The notes: generated from the letters alone by a model not told the origin. Shown: positions 29,836 to 40,823, counted from the stretch's first letter. The stretch: 43,825 nucleotides of DNA from Chrysochromulina tobinii (GCA_001275005.1 JWZX01002079.1:1-43825), one strand, 5' to 3'. Numbers and translations: made by a program.

Positions 29836-30843
29836 TTACGACGTGTCCATCGCGTCGTACAGGGCGCCGTCTCGCGACTCAGGCGGCGGCGGCAGTGTTG
29901 GTGGCATCGCCGGCGGCTGTGGAGTAGCGGCGACGGCACGGCGCGCGGCGGCGCCGGCGAACATGCCGTCGAGCGTCGACTGTCGCAAGACCGACGTTGG
30001 CCGTGGGCTGGCGGGCGAAGCGGCAGCGCTGGTGACAGACGGCGTTGGGGTGGCGGGAAAGGACGCAAAGGTGGGTGCTGGCGGCGGAGGGGAACCCACG
30101 TTGAAGCTCATGGCGCTGCTCGTGGGATGCGCCGAGCAGGCCGTCGCTACCGCCCTCGATGCCGCCACACCATGGGCTCTCGCGACAGCCTGCGTAGCCC
30201 GGCTCTTTCGGCAGGCAAATGCGATGGTCGATGCGCCGCCACCACAAGCGGCGCCGTTGGCGGCAGCGGCAGCGGGCAGGTTGTACGCGTCCGAGGCTAT
30301 ACTAGCGCTGCTGTCGCTGAGTATGATGGAGACCTGTCGGAATGGAGACCTCTCATCAACAATCACCTTGTGAGTTCGCTGGACGACACCCAGCCGCCGC
30401 CAGCAGGGTGTGCGACCGTCGCCCTCATCGCGTATGAGCCGCTCGCCCGTCTTGCAATCGATGACGTAGCCATGAGCGGGGCATTTCAGCGCCGTCGTTC
30501 CGACCTCCTCGATGTCCGCAAGCACGCCATCGCCGAGGGCTTGGCCGTGGTGGAAGCAGTGGAAATCACAGGCCGCGAGCGTTCCGTCGGCGGCTCTGAC
30601 GATCACGATCTTGCGGCCGGTCCGACCTTGCACCGTGAATCGCTTGAGCGGTTGGAGGTCGAGCACGATGGCAGAGGCTTCCTCGCCCAGCGCGATCTGC
30701 ATGCGGGGCCCGCTCTTTCGGAGCTCTTTCGGTGCAGCTGCTGTGAAATTATAAACATTGGCTGTGAAACACACAACGCGCGCGCTCTCCGGACCCCCAA
30801 GCACGGGGGCCGCAATCGCAATGGACGGAGGCGTGGCCGACAC
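29836..30843 (-). CDS. Rieske [2Fe-2S] domain protein with disordered C-terminal tail; start uncertain (first in-frame ATG at 30702)
   Basis: CFHHG (CxH) and CPAHG (CxxH) ligand boxes, followed by YVIDCKTGE. Confidence 0.8.
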   Translation of the reverse strand: MSATPPSIAIAAPVLGGPESARVVCFTANVYNFTAAAPKELRKSGPRMQIALGEEASAIVLDLQPLKRFTVQGRTGRKIVIVRAADGTLAACDFHCFHHGQALGDGVLADIEEVGTTALKCPAHGYVIDCKTGERLIRDEGDGRTPCWRRLGVVQRTHKVIVDERSPFRQVSIILSDSSASIASDAYNLPAAAAANGAACGGGASTIAFACRKSRATQAVARAHGVAASRAVATACSAHPTSSAMSFNVGSPPPPAPTFASFPATPTPSVTSAAASPASPRPTSVLRQSTLDGMFAGAAARRAVAATPQPPAMPPTLPPPPESRDGALYDAMDTS

Positions 30844-31272
30844 AGCCTGCTATTACACAGTTCGCGCCGTCCTCGAAGTATGCAACGCTACCGGTACTTC
30901 TATCTCGGGGTGTATCTTCAATCACGCACCCCACAGCCCACACCTAAACCCGACTTCACGCAACGAACAACGCCGCCGGAACCGCTCTCCACCCGCCCCA
31001 AAACACTAGCCGGGATCCCTACTTCCAATATCGGCATACTCCCATACGATACACATCACGCGGCACTACGAGCACGCCAGTACAGAGAACTCGACTGCTG
31101 CCATGACTGCTGCACACGTACTACTACTACAGTTTCGTGAGGGCATGCGTGAGGGCCGCATGTGGCATGATGTACCCAGACATACTACGATGCAATCTCA
31201 CTTAACCATTTTAACCACGCGTCGCACACCAGAAACTCGAGAAACTCGAGACCTCTGACTGCCATGCCCTGG

Positions 31273-33254
31273 TCATGCCTCATCCTCCTCTGCTCCATCT
31301 TTCTCTCTCGCCTCCGCAATTCTTCTTCCTACCTGAGGTGGAGACGGCCGGCGTGAAGATGGCGGCGGCGACGGTGAAGGCGGCGGCGGCGAGGTCGAAG
31401 GTGGCGGCCGCGAAGGTGGCGGCGGCGAGGGCGAAGGCGGAGGCGGCGAGGGCGGACGTGGCGGCGGCGAGGGCGCAGGTGGCGGCCGCGGTGATGGCGG
31501 CGGCGAGGATGCAAGTGGCGGCCGCGAAGGTGGCGGCGGCGAGGGTGAAGGCGGAGGCGGCGAGGGCGAAGGCGGCGGCGGCGAGGGTGGCGGCGGCGGC
31601 CGTGAAGGCGGTGGCGGCGAGGGTGAAGGCGGAGGCGGCGAAGGCGGACGTGGCGGCGGCGACGGTGCAGGTGGCGGCCGTGAAGGTGGCGGCGGCGACG
31701 GTGAAGGCGGCGGCGGCGACGGTGCAGGTGGCGGCCGCGAGGGTGGCGGCGGCGAGGGTGAAGGCGGAGGCGGCGAAGGCGGACGTGGCGGCGGCGACGG
31801 TGCAGGTGGTGGCCGCGATGGTAGCGGCGGCGACGGTGAAGGTGGCGGCGGCAGCCTAGGTGTTGGCGGCATCCTGGGGCTGATGCAGAGCGCTGCCGCC
31901 GCCGCCGTTGCCAGTACCTGCACGGCGCTCACGGTGATGCGGATGGGCACGCGCGCAACATTGTTTGTGTAGTTGAGCTCGGGTGTCGTCTGCGCTCGTG
32001 TTGTGTTTCCCAATTCGTAGCCACAGCGAGGGTGTAGACGCCCGGGGGTACGCTGGTGATGTCAATCCACTGGCAATCAAGGCCACTGTGGTATGTGTCG
32101 TAGCAGCCGGCGCTGATGCCCTGATTACCGCAACCGCGGTGACACCCGGGACTACCGGGACTCCCGCCTGGTGGATAAAAATCCTGGTATGCGCCAATGT
32201 CCATCACGCACCAGCCGTTTTTGTGCCCCGCATACACCGGATGGTCGATAGATTGCTCCGCGAGGCACAGTGGCTCAATCCAGTAGTGAGCATAGTTCTC
32301 GTAATGCCAGTGGTTATGGCACTCGTGCCAGTTCCAGCCCCGGCCACTCACTCTCGTGTCCGCGGGGGGCGAGCCGATGTGGTAGTCCTCGCAGCCAATA
32401 TTGGCGATCGTCGTGTCAAAGCGAAGCACGCGCCTTCTGCCAAGGCCAGTGAAGCAACCCTCGGCCACAGTGCACGGATCCTGACTCGTCAAAAACTGCG
32501 AGGACAGTGAGTTTCGGAGCGCGTCGACATCGACGATGAGGTCAGCACCGGGGCCCACGCAGTTGGATGGGATCGATGGTGGCGATGGTGGCGGCGGCAT
32601 CGCTGGAGGCATGGGCAGCGGTGCCATGCCGGGTGGATAAGGAGGCGGCGGCGAGGGCGGCGAGAACAAGGCACAGATAGTAAAGCCCATCCCTACGACC
32701 GAATAATCGGCCTCCCAGGTCACAATGGTTCCGGCGGCCACTTGCACATTCATCGGCCCAGTGGAGCCGGAGTACGAAGTGCCCCCAATCCTAATGAAAT
32801 CGTAGCCCCCCTCGGTGCCAAACGCGGTGGAGGTGATAGTCATCGACATTTCCGCTCGCATTGTGCAAGCCTCGTTATCGCCATAGCTTCCGCTGCCATC
32901 GGTGATGCACATGCCGTCGGACGAGACAGAGCAATACGATGGGCCCGAAACAATCGTCCAGCGCGAAGGTGGCGAAGGTGGCGAAAGTGGCGACGAAGGT
33001 GGCGAAGGTGGCGAAAGTGGCGAAGGTGGCGAAAGTGGCGAAGGTGTCGGCAAAATTCGAGGGCCGCAGTCGGTGCAGTCGGTGCCGAGGCTGCACGTCG
33101 AAAACTCGGATCCGGGTCCGCCATCGTTGCAAACACCGTTGGAGGCGAAGGTGCACGTCTCCGTGCAGGTCTGTGCCCTTGCGAAGCCCACCATCTGGGC
33201 GAGGAAGAGGATGCGAGCGAGTCGAGGGCCAAAGGCCCACCTGGCCGTGACCAT
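31273..33254 (-). CDS. Secreted Cys-rich / CUB-like / lysyl oxidase domain protein with extensin-like (SPPP)n tail; reading frame breaks near 32000
   Basis: Signal-like RILFLAQMVGFARA. Cys module CNDGGPG...GTDCTDCGPR. CUB-like YGDNEAC...TEGGYD...DYSVVGMGF. LOX motifs RRVLRFD, WNWHECHNHWH, GHK, QGISAGCYDTY and DCQWIDIT. The conserved LOX end ELNYTNN and the Pro tail lie in a different frame (ORF 31273-32013). Confidence 0.82.
31335..31855 (-). repeat. Extensin-like Pro/Ser coding repeat (PSPSPPPPSRPPPAPSPPPRP)
   Basis: Recurrent GGCGGCGGCGAGGGTGAAGGCGGAGGCGGCG units on the plus strand. Confidence 0.9.
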
Positions 33255-33848
33255 GCTCTGCTCCAAGGCACAAACCTGTTCGTCCCTCATCAGCCTCTGC
33301 AATCAGCCTCTACAATCTGCAGAAATCTCCTGTGTTCCCAGTTCGCATCCGTTTGACTTCTGCTGGAAAAATGCATGCTTGCCACAACTAATGTGGATCA
33401 CAACGGTTACATGTAGCACGATGCGAGGCAAACAATTGGCAAACAAAAAGTGAATATAAATAGATGCCTTCATGCGGGGCAAACCACCCCTGGCGTCCGC
33501 CACCTCTCAACAGCCCGCCTCTCGCCCGCCTCTCGCTGATAGTGTTTTAGTGAGTGTTAGCTCTCGCCTGCTCCCGGGGCCTGCTCCCGGGGCCTGCTCC
33601 CGACCAACAAACGACCAAGCCCGAGCCTTACTCCACTCTGTCTGTGATGGGGTCTCTGTGATGTGCCGCAGACACGATTCGCGCACGACGTGAAGCGCGC
33701 GACCGACAGCCACCAGATTATCAATTCATCAATGAAGGGTCGAATAGGGGTTGAAGGCACCCAAGCGTGCAAAACTAGTCGCTGTGAATTTCACAACAGA
33801 GGGTTTTTTGGAGAGACGTCCCAGCGTATGCTCTTACCGGGCCGACGA

Positions 33849-34859
33849 ATGGAGACGGTAGTGGGCTCCCGGCCGCGTTTCATTGAGAGTGCGCTATCGT
33901 CCGGAGTGCACGCCACGGCATTCTACCGCCGGATGCCGGAACTGGAAGGGTTGGTGACCTCGGACGTCGCAGAGCCGCACCTACACTGGAGCGCGCCGAC
34001 GGTCGGCGAGTGGCTTGCCAGTCTGGGGCTTGCCTTGTACTCGCAAAAGTTTGTGGAGCACGAGGTCACGGGCGACCTGCTCGAGGTCATGGACAAGGAA
34101 GATCTGCGCGACCTCGGCGTGACCCTCGTTGGCCACCGCCTGAAGCTCCTGCGCGCGGTGGCGGCGCTGCAGCAGAAGTCTGAGAGCGAATCGCGCAGCA
34201 AGATGCTGTGGCAAGCCGATGAGGTACTTCATCGCGACGGCCCGCTGGGCTGGTTGAGTTTTTATCTCAGCTGCAAGTCTTGCGTGAAGGGCACCAGCAA
34301 GTACAAGCTCACTGGCAGGGCAATGGTGCTCGCGCGCGCGCGCACGGCCCTCCTCGCACGCCTTGCCTTTGGCTGCCGCGCTGTGCCCGTTGCTCCCGCG
34401 GCACGTCGCCACCTCCGAACCGCTCACCCATCGCGTGCCGCGCGCGTTCCACGTCCGCCTCTCCAGGAAATTCTATCTCGCGAGGACCGCAACCTGTGCT
34501 CGTTCTCCGAGCCGAGCACCACCACGCGCAGCATCGAACTCGGCAACGTCGTCGGCGTCAGGTACCAGCATCGCTCGGCGCCATGCGACTGCTGCTGCGG
34601 CTGCACCGCCGACGACGTGTTCGTTGAGCTGAACCACGAGATCGGGCTGCCGCCTGTCGCGCCCTTGGCCGTGCGCAGCGGCTCGGGGGAGCAGGTCGCG
34701 CATTTGATCCAGGGAGCCATGGAGGCCGCACATGGCCTTCATGGCCTCCATGGGGGCACGAGTGCGCAGGCGGCGCATGGCTCGCCGGTGCCGCAAGCGA
34801 TGGTGCGCTCCGCCTCGAATGTCGATCTACGCCGACAAGCAGCCGCCTTACGAGCGTAG
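33849..34859 (+). CDS. SAM domain + bacterial-PH-like domain protein; probable intron 34326-34466; start uncertain (33849 or 33933)
   Basis: Canonical SAM (WSAPTVGEWLASLGLALYSQKFVEHEVTGDLLEVMDKEDLRDLGVTLVGHRLKLLRAV). Removing ATG|GTGCTC...CTCTCCAG|GAA gives YKLTGRAM|EILSR...TRSIELGNVVGV, a PH-like pattern. Confidence 0.78.
   Translation: METVVGSRPRFIESALSSGVHATAFYRRMPELEGLVTSDVAEPHLHWSAPTVGEWLASLGLALYSQKFVEHEVTGDLLEVMDKEDLRDLGVTLVGHRLKLLRAVAALQQKSESESRSKMLWQADEVLHRDGPLGWLSFYLSCKSCVKGTSKYKLTGRAMVLARARTALLARLAFGCRAVPVAPAARRHLRTAHPSRAARVPRPPLQEILSREDRNLCSFSEPSTTTRSIELGNVVGVRYQHRSAPCDCCCGCTADDVFVELNHEIGLPPVAPLAVRSGSGEQVAHLIQGAMEAAHGLHGLHGGTSAQAAHGSPVPQAMVRSASNVDLRRQAAALRA
34326..34466 (+). other. 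Probable in-frame spliceosomal intron (141 nt)
   Basis: GT...CCGCCTCTCCAG boundaries; (CG)n low-complexity interior that translates to a non-domain-like peptide. Confidence 0.6.
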
Positions 34860-35243
34860 AGAATAGCGGAGCCAGAGCGGAGGCCGGAGCGCGGGCGGCT
34901 CGTGGGGGGGGGCGGCACGGTCAGGTGGGAGAAACCGGCCCCAAATGTCTGATACAGTCTCCCCGAGGGAGTCAAAGTGTGGGCGACCAAGGTACCGTTC
35001 GAGGCTCCTCTTCCGATGCTATCCTAGGTCGCGGGCGAAGTGTAGGGACCTGGCGTCCCGACTACTCGACTCTGGTGGTGGCACCGCGTGGAGGGCATGG
35101 TGCTCGACTCTGGTTGTGGCCCGCGTGGATGGAGAGGAGGGGGGCGCCGACGTACTAGTAACCACTATTTTCAGAGTTTCCGCTGTCTGAGGTGACTGAA
35201 TTGGTGACTGCTAATCTGACTGATCACAGTTCCCGCGCTCCCA

Positions 35244-38184
35244 ATGGTCTCGACGGCCGTGACTAGGGGGGCGCCGTCACGCCCGCGAACGGGCTGGCGC
35301 AGCAACGAAGAGCTCGAGGCGCAAAATCGTGCGCTCCGTGAGGGTTTGGAGGCGGTGAGCGCCAGCCGCAGGGAACTCGAGGAACGGCACAATTTGCTCG
35401 CCAAGCACCTTGAGTCGGCATCTGAGAGCTTCGCGGAGAGCTATCGGGTGATGCGTGACAGACAGGCACTCCTTCACGCACAGGTCAGCTCGGGGAAGAA
35501 CATCGCGCGCACAAACGAGGAGCTCGAGGCGCAAGTCGCTCAGCTCTCGTTCGAGCTCAGCCAAGTGACGCTCCAGGTCGCCGATCGTGAGCAGCACACG
35601 GTGTTGCGAGATGCAAAGGTTCTCGAGGAAAAGCGCCTGGCGCAGGAGGCCATCAAGCTGGCCAGCACCGAGCGCCACGCCTACCTTCGCGATCTCGACG
35701 TCCTCACGCGCCGCGTCGACCAGCTCCGACGACGACTCGCGCGGTCTCAGTGGCACTCCCTCGGGAATGCGCTCCAGCTCTCGCGCAGTCGGCGGTTCCT
35801 CGCCACCGAGGCGACGCGCCGCGCGCTGCAGCAAGCCCTGCATCGTGCGCAGACGCCCTCGGCGGTGCGCACCGCGGTCGAGCATCCTGTTTACCTAGCC
35901 AAGTGGGGGGTCCCGAAGGCGAGCGTCGCCTCCGCGAGTGTGACCTCCGACGGCGGCGCCCAGTGGTCCTTAGAGCTGTGGCTGCGCGAAGTGCCTCTCG
36001 TGCAGCTGCTCAGCACGGCGCTGCGCCGGCGGCTCGGCGACGCTCAGCCGGCGAACGAGCGAGGCTTCCTGACGGCTCTCGTGGGCGACGGACTGGAGGC
36101 AGAGAGCGAGCGAGCCGCAGAGCTGCTCGAGGTGGTGCTGGCAGAGGGCGGCGTGCTCGCCGACCTGGCGCGCGCCATCGCCGACCAAGCGGCGGAGCTC
36201 GTCCGCCAGAAGCGCCGCGCCGCACGCGGCCCTGCCACCACGCGCGCCGCGCCGAGCGCCTCCGCAGATGGCCCATCGAACATCTCTTCCGGCGAGGCGG
36301 CGCCCGGGACGTCGAGAATGTCGTCCGGTGAGGCGGTGCTGGGGCGGGCCGCCCGCGCCGTCCCGGGCGTCGCCTCGTGCGCGCCCGAGTGCCTCCCTTC
36401 GGATCCCTCAATCGGTAAGTTTGTCGATGCGGGACCGGCGGCGGCGGCAGGCTTCACGATGCATCTGGGCACGATGCGCGACTTCGTCGGCGGCCTTTCA
36501 GCCCGAATCGGTGACGCGGCGGTCGCCCAAGACGATCCCTTCGACCCTCGCCAATCCGACATCTACACCGCGGTGCTCTCGGCCATGAGCGAGGAGCACC
36601 GTCGGCGTGCCGACTCGCGCGAGTGGTTCGTCGTGGGCAACTACGGCACACGTACCTACTCGGAGGCCGAGTTCCTCTTTGTCGTCGACCCTCCTGTCGT
36701 GGGACTCGCGACCCTTGATCTGCCCAGCTGGCCGCTCGAGAGCCCCTACCTCGTCCAGGCGGGCGGCGCCGCCCCGCGACAGCCACGCCCGCTCTCCGAC
36801 TTCGAGGCCGAGCGCCGCCGACTCGCTGAACGGCTGCGCGCTGTCGCGGGCATCGAGGGGCGCCCTTCACACGTCGACGTCCTCTGCGGCCGGCTGTACA
36901 CGGGCCCGCTCTTCGTCAAGTACAATGCCGTCCTCCGGGGCGCCTCGGCCGACGCACCGCCCTATCTGCGCCGTCGCGTGCACGAACTCTGCCTTGGTAA
37001 CCAGTACACGACCACGCTGCACGCGCTCAACAGCACCCTGCTTGTGCTCTCCCACCTGACGGCGGTGCGGGCCGTGTACCGCGTCGTGTCGGGCGCCGCG
37101 CTGCCCGACGCCCTTCGCGTGCCCGACGAGCTCGGCTGCGTCGGCGGCGTCGAGCTCGGCTTCCTGTCCACCACCGAGAATCGAGAGCTCGCTCTTGAGA
37201 CCGCGGCACGGGACGGCGGTGTGTTGCTCGAGCTCTCGATGAGCCCGTCTCTGATGACCCCGCCTCTGATGGCCTCTGATGATCTCTGATTACCTCTGAT
37301 TACCTCCCTCATCAGGTGTGGTGCTCGAGCTCTCGATGAGCCCGACGGCGCGGGGTGCGTCCCTCGTGTGGCTCTCTCAGTACCCTCACGAACGCGAGGT
37401 CGCCTTCCCGCCCCTCGCGTTCCTCACGCCGGCCGGCACGCGCTGCGTGGGCGCAGTCACAATATGCGAGCTGCGCCCTACGCTCTCCATCGCCGCGTAC
37501 TGGGAGGTGCTCCGCCACCATGCGGGAGCCGTGCCGCAACCGAGCGCCGCTGCCGTCGCTGCCGTCCCAGCCATCGCTGCGGCCGGGGAAGCTCACACGT
37601 CGGTGGTCGACGCATTCAGCGCCACCCCCAGCAAGCCGCGCGTGCGATTCCAACACGGAGGTGTGAAGGACGGTGGTGTGAAGGAGCCATCGGAGGAGGC
37701 GCGAGAGCCATCGAATACTCCCTCGGGCTCGGTCATGGCGCGCACCGAGGTCGCAGCTGTGAAGACGACGGTTACGCCCACGGGCTCGCACGCCACGCAA
37801 ACCTCGCCGCCGGGCGCGGTCGCCGCCGACCTCTCGCTACTACACCGCGCGCCACCCAGCACTGTGAGCGCACCACAGGCGCAGAGCGCCGTCTCCTCTC
37901 GACATCGCGCGGCCCTCGTCTCGCAAGCGATCCAATTCGCTCTGGATGAGAGCATGCGGCTCGAGACTCTGTCCGCAGCGCTGCGCGAGCGATCGCCCGA
38001 TAGGACGCGAGCGCTCCTCGAGCCGCCGCCGCCGCAGAGCACCCTGGCAGCGCTACTGGCAGGGAAGAGGACGGGCGATGGCTCTCTGGCTCAGCGCCTC
38101 GTGCCGCCAAGTGCGTCCGTCGCGCCCCACAGGATCTCGTGGTCCGGGTTCGGGGTCCGTTCCCTTTGGCCTGAGTCGGCGTGA
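35244..38184 (+). CDS. Coiled-coil + R-S-E-type ADP-ribosyltransferase domain protein (~947 aa); exons 35244-37218, 37316-38184
   Basis: Heptad-rich N-terminus. RLYTGPLFVKYNAVLRG, NQYTTTLHALNS, VYR and GGVELGFLSTT; after splicing, RGASLVWLSQYPHEREVAFPP (ExE). Confidence 0.85.
37219..37315 (+). mobile_element. Intron (97 nt) of the introner-like CCTCCCTCATCAG family
   Basis: 30-nt direct repeat with 1 mismatch (37218-37247 and 37315-37344). Interior CTCTGATGGC CTCTGATGAT CTCTGATTAC CTCTGATTAC CTCCCTCATCAG. Removal reunites the ART STT and ExE motifs. Confidence 0.7.
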
Positions 38185-38555
38185 ACCGTGATGGCATCGC
38201 TCATGGGTGTCGCTGACTCGGTACTGAAGACCGACGTGTATCGTGTAATAATAAATAACGGGACGAACGAGTACTCTTGGCGACTCTTATCTCAATCTCT
38301 GCCTTTCGGACGAGGGTGAAGCCGTGAACCGTCGCGTCTCGGCACACGGCGCCGCACGTGCCGCCGCGGTGCGGCGGCTCAACGCTCTCCTCGCGCATCG
38401 AGGATCGACTCTCCTCTGAACTGCTGGTCACGCTGGCCGTCTCGCTCTGCGTCGCGCGGTCTGATGGTGACGCACCGTGACGCACCACGACCAGCCGACG
38501 CTCCCTTGCGTTTGGCACACGCAGTCTGCACGCAGCTATGCAGTCTACACGCAAT

Positions 38556-39590
38556 CTACAACAAGCCCGTCACGGGCGAGGGCAGCTCGGGCAGCAAGCT
38601 TGTGTTCGTCTTTTGGAGCAGCTGCGCGAGGCGCCGCTGCGACGGCGCGTAGTACGCGCGCACCCTCACCATGGCTGCCTCGAGCGCGGCGGTAGCGCTC
38701 ACGACAGCGCGGGTGTCCCCGGCGGCCCATGGTGAGGGTGCGCGCTTGCGCTCGTAGTCGCTCTTGGAGCGCCCGACGACATACAAGCCAGCCTCATTGC
38801 GCGTGGCCACGGTGCGGTACGGGTGGTGCGCCAGCCCCGCAAAGCGCTCCACCGCATGCATGCATGCAAATGGGTCGGCCTTGAACTGCTCAAGCCAAAG
38901 GACGCCCACATGCGGCCATACAAACACATCGAGCCAGCGGCGCATGAAGGTTGAGTAGTGGCCCATCAAGAAGAGTCGGCGCAGGTGCGGCGAGCGCTGC
39001 ATCTGGCGGCGCGACGTGTGCAGCGGCGCGGCGTCGCTGCTGTTGCCGCCGCCGCCGACAAGCACGCGCTCAACCACCTGTGCAAACGGGGCTTTGCACC
39101 ACCTGCCCTCCTGCTCTCGCTGACACATGTCGTACGCGGAGTGCGCGCGTGCGGCCGGCTCGCGTAGCATGATGAGCACGCGCGCCGCCGGGATTGCGCA
39201 CGCCACTTGGCGAGGCTGCGCGCGGTCAAAGTAGGCCGGCGTCTTCTCAAACAGCAAGCGGCCGCGTACATCAGCCTCACGTAGGCGCTGCCGCTTCCAC
39301 AGGAAGCGCGCGTAACGCAGACGCAGATGCCCGCGCCACTGGGCGTTGCAAGACGGCGTGCGTTCCTGGTCGTCAAAAAAGTGCACCTCACCGCCGTGCA
39401 CCTTGACCGCTGGATGGACGCCCAGCCAGGTCTGCAGCTCACCCGTGCCCGCCTTCTGCACGCCGACGTTGACCAGACCGGGCAGACAGCACACGGTCGA
39501 CGCTTCGCCGATGAAGCAGTCGCCTGCGTCGGCAGTCTTCGCCGCTTCAACCGTGGCCGGAAGCGGGTCGCCGGAAGCGATGCGCGCCAT
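38556..39590 (-). CDS. PAPS-dependent sulfotransferase (heparan-sulfate 3-O/N-sulfotransferase-like)
   Basis: 5'-PSB GVQKAGT, EVHFFD, EKTPAYF and 3'-PB MLREPAARAHSAY. Confidence 0.85.
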   Translation of the reverse strand: MARIASGDPLPATVEAAKTADAGDCFIGEASTVCCLPGLVNVGVQKAGTGELQTWLGVHPAVKVHGGEVHFFDDQERTPSCNAQWRGHLRLRYARFLWKRQRLREADVRGRLLFEKTPAYFDRAQPRQVACAIPAARVLIMLREPAARAHSAYDMCQREQEGRWCKAPFAQVVERVLVGGGGNSSDAAPLHTSRRQMQRSPHLRRLFLMGHYSTFMRRWLDVFVWPHVGVLWLEQFKADPFACMHAVERFAGLAHHPYRTVATRNEAGLYVVGRSKSDYERKRAPSPWAAGDTRAVVSATAALEAAMVRVRAYYAPSQRRLAQLLQKTNTSLLPELPSPVTGLL

Positions 39591-39815
39591 CCGCCCTGTT
39601 AACACTCGGTTCTACTTGTATGGTGTGAACGTTTCCTCTGTTACTCGTGTGGACGTTTCCTTTATCTGAGCCTAGCCGACCTGAAGCTGACCTTTTCGCT
39701 CGTCTCTCGAAGTTGTCTAGGATCGTATAGGGTCACGAAGAACTGCACCTACATGTAGTAGCTTGCGTTCTTGTTGTGTCGTACCGAGTTGACCTTGTCC
39801 CAGCCATTCTTCGCG

Positions 39816-40823
39816 ATGAGCGAGGTCGAGCTCACTGCGGAGGCCAAGGTGCTTCTCGCGGAGAAGGGCTGGGACAAGGGCTACGTGGCCTTCGGCTCCA
39901 CCGCATCCGAGTCGACGGTCCGTCTCGCCGTGGCCTTCAACGTGCTGGGCAAGCCGTGCACGTGGGTGATGCTTTCTTTTGACGATAAGCTCCTCAAGAG
40001 CACTGCCGACGAGGACCCCAACATGATTACTCCCGGCGCGACCGAGATGATGGGGGTCAAGAGCGACATGTGGAAACTCCTGTCCGGAGGAAGGTCGTGC
40101 ATGCCAGCGCTGTGCGTCGACGGTACAATGTTTATGGACAGTGACGAGATCGTGAAGATGCTCGCCGTTCAGCAGAATGCGCCCCCAGAGGTACTCGAGC
40201 TCATCGAACTGTCGCGCACCAGCAATGCGATACTGTCCGAGGTGCTCAAGCACTTCGGCTGGTCGGCACTCCATGCATCGACGGGCTATGCGATGTGCAC
40301 TAAAGAGCACTACGACGCCTTCGGCGAGGGCAAGAAGGACGCCGCCTGGGAGAAGGCGAAGACGGACCAGGTCAAGGCCTTCTTTAGCAAGCTCGAGGGT
40401 ATCCTTGCCGACAAGCCCGCGATCAACGGATGCTACGTGGGCGACACGCTCACCTTGGCCGATGCGGCGCTCCTCAGCTGGCCCCTCTCCTTCTCGGACG
40501 TGGCGGGGCTCAACGTGTCAGCCGAGTATCCGAAGCTGTGGGAAAATTGGACCAAGCTCAAGGAGAGCCGGCCCAAGGGCTCCGAGCGTTTCATCCTGGG
40601 CTTCCCCACCCTTTGCGAGTACGCTTCCGCGGCCAACAAGGCGGCGCGCGAGGGCGGTTTCGAGATCAACAAGTACTGGCGAACGGATAAGGACGGCCGC
40701 GCGTACCTAGAGCAGTTTGGCGTGCAGGCGAAGCTCTCGACGGCCGTCGCCATCGTCATGAAAGAGCGCCCGGCCAATCCTATCCGGGCCATCGTAGAAC
40801 TACTCAAAAAGTCGAGGGAATAG
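39816..40823 (+). CDS. Glutathione S-transferase-like protein with C-terminal Dpy-30/RIIa-like dimerisation-docking motif
   Basis: CMPALCVDGTMFMDSDEIVKML (cis-Pro and DS motif) and YVGDTLTLADAAL (GST C-terminal N-cap). The tail reads YLEQFGVQAKLSTAVAIVMKERPANPIRAIVELL. Confidence 0.72.
   Translation: MSEVELTAEAKVLLAEKGWDKGYVAFGSTASESTVRLAVAFNVLGKPCTWVMLSFDDKLLKSTADEDPNMITPGATEMMGVKSDMWKLLSGGRSCMPALCVDGTMFMDSDEIVKMLAVQQNAPPEVLELIELSRTSNAILSEVLKHFGWSALHASTGYAMCTKEHYDAFGEGKKDAAWEKAKTDQVKAFFSKLEGILADKPAINGCYVGDTLTLADAALLSWPLSFSDVAGLNVSAEYPKLWENWTKLKESRPKGSERFILGFPTLCEYASAANKAAREGGFEINKYWRTDKDGRAYLEQFGVQAKLSTAVAIVMKERPANPIRAIVELLKKSRE

Noticed and set aside
29707..31140. 477-aa plus-strand ORF
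   Set aside because: Antisense to the Rieske gene, non-ATG start, and Arg/Gly-rich with no domain-like composition.
31275..31859. Ala/Val/Lys-rich ORFs (also 43206-43820 minus)
   Set aside because: Alternative-frame translations of Pro-repeat DNA.
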